DNA from: an uncultured Candidatus Saccharibacteria bacterium
GTDB lineage: Bacteria > Patescibacteriota > Saccharimonadia > Saccharimonadales > Saccharimonadaceae
NCBI GenBank assembly: GCA_963514175.1
Contig: CAUPTC010000001.1
Coordinates: forward strand, 1-35,294
Reading direction: 5' to 3'
Length of the DNA: 35,294 nt
Both the position numbers and the translations under genes were made by a program. Shown here one piece after another: positions 35,294 to 35,294 of this stretch. Under the pieces are notes generated by a model. That model was not told the origin of the DNA. It saw only the letters and a program-made list of their open reading frames with translations, and made no database searches. Positions within the stretch are counted from its first letter, which is position 1; the number at the start of each line of letters is the position of its first letter.

Positions 35294-35294
35294 G

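Noticed and set aside
1..35294. Alternative genetic code (UGA=Gly, as in Gracilibacteria/SR1)
   Set aside because: Conserved genes are full length under code 11, and TGA ends several at expected positions, including ATGA overlaps

Overview
Bacterial chromosomal segment (standard code 11) with about 29 complete CDSs, 2 partial CDSs at the edges and one tRNA-Gln(UUG). The gene inventory and style suggest a Candidate Phyla Radiation organism, probably Saccharibacteria/TM7; this is inference, not a database result. Housekeeping genes: Nudix hydrolase, dus, UvrD helicase with a RecB-type nuclease, m5U RNA methyltransferase, tgt, cysS, ackA, pullulanase and alpha-glucan phosphorylase. Interleaved accessory material: three MacB/FtsX-type ABC systems (two are head-to-head paralogs of different base composition, one followed by a small secreted 4-Cys repeat protein), an AAA_14/DUF4143 ATPase preceded by three 23-bp-period direct repeats, an Rrf2-YhgE/Pip operon with a palindromic operator, and an AT-rich GmrSD-like DUF262-DUF1524 gene. 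The most unusual feature is a ~510-nt unit at 25738-26282: a near-consensus sigma70 promoter, 12 mostly back-to-back hairpins (9 inside an SD-led 117-codon ORF) and an intrinsic terminator. Most transcription-unit-leading genes look leaderless, and TAG is the commonest stop codon. No CRISPR array, rRNA, integrase or transposase was seen.
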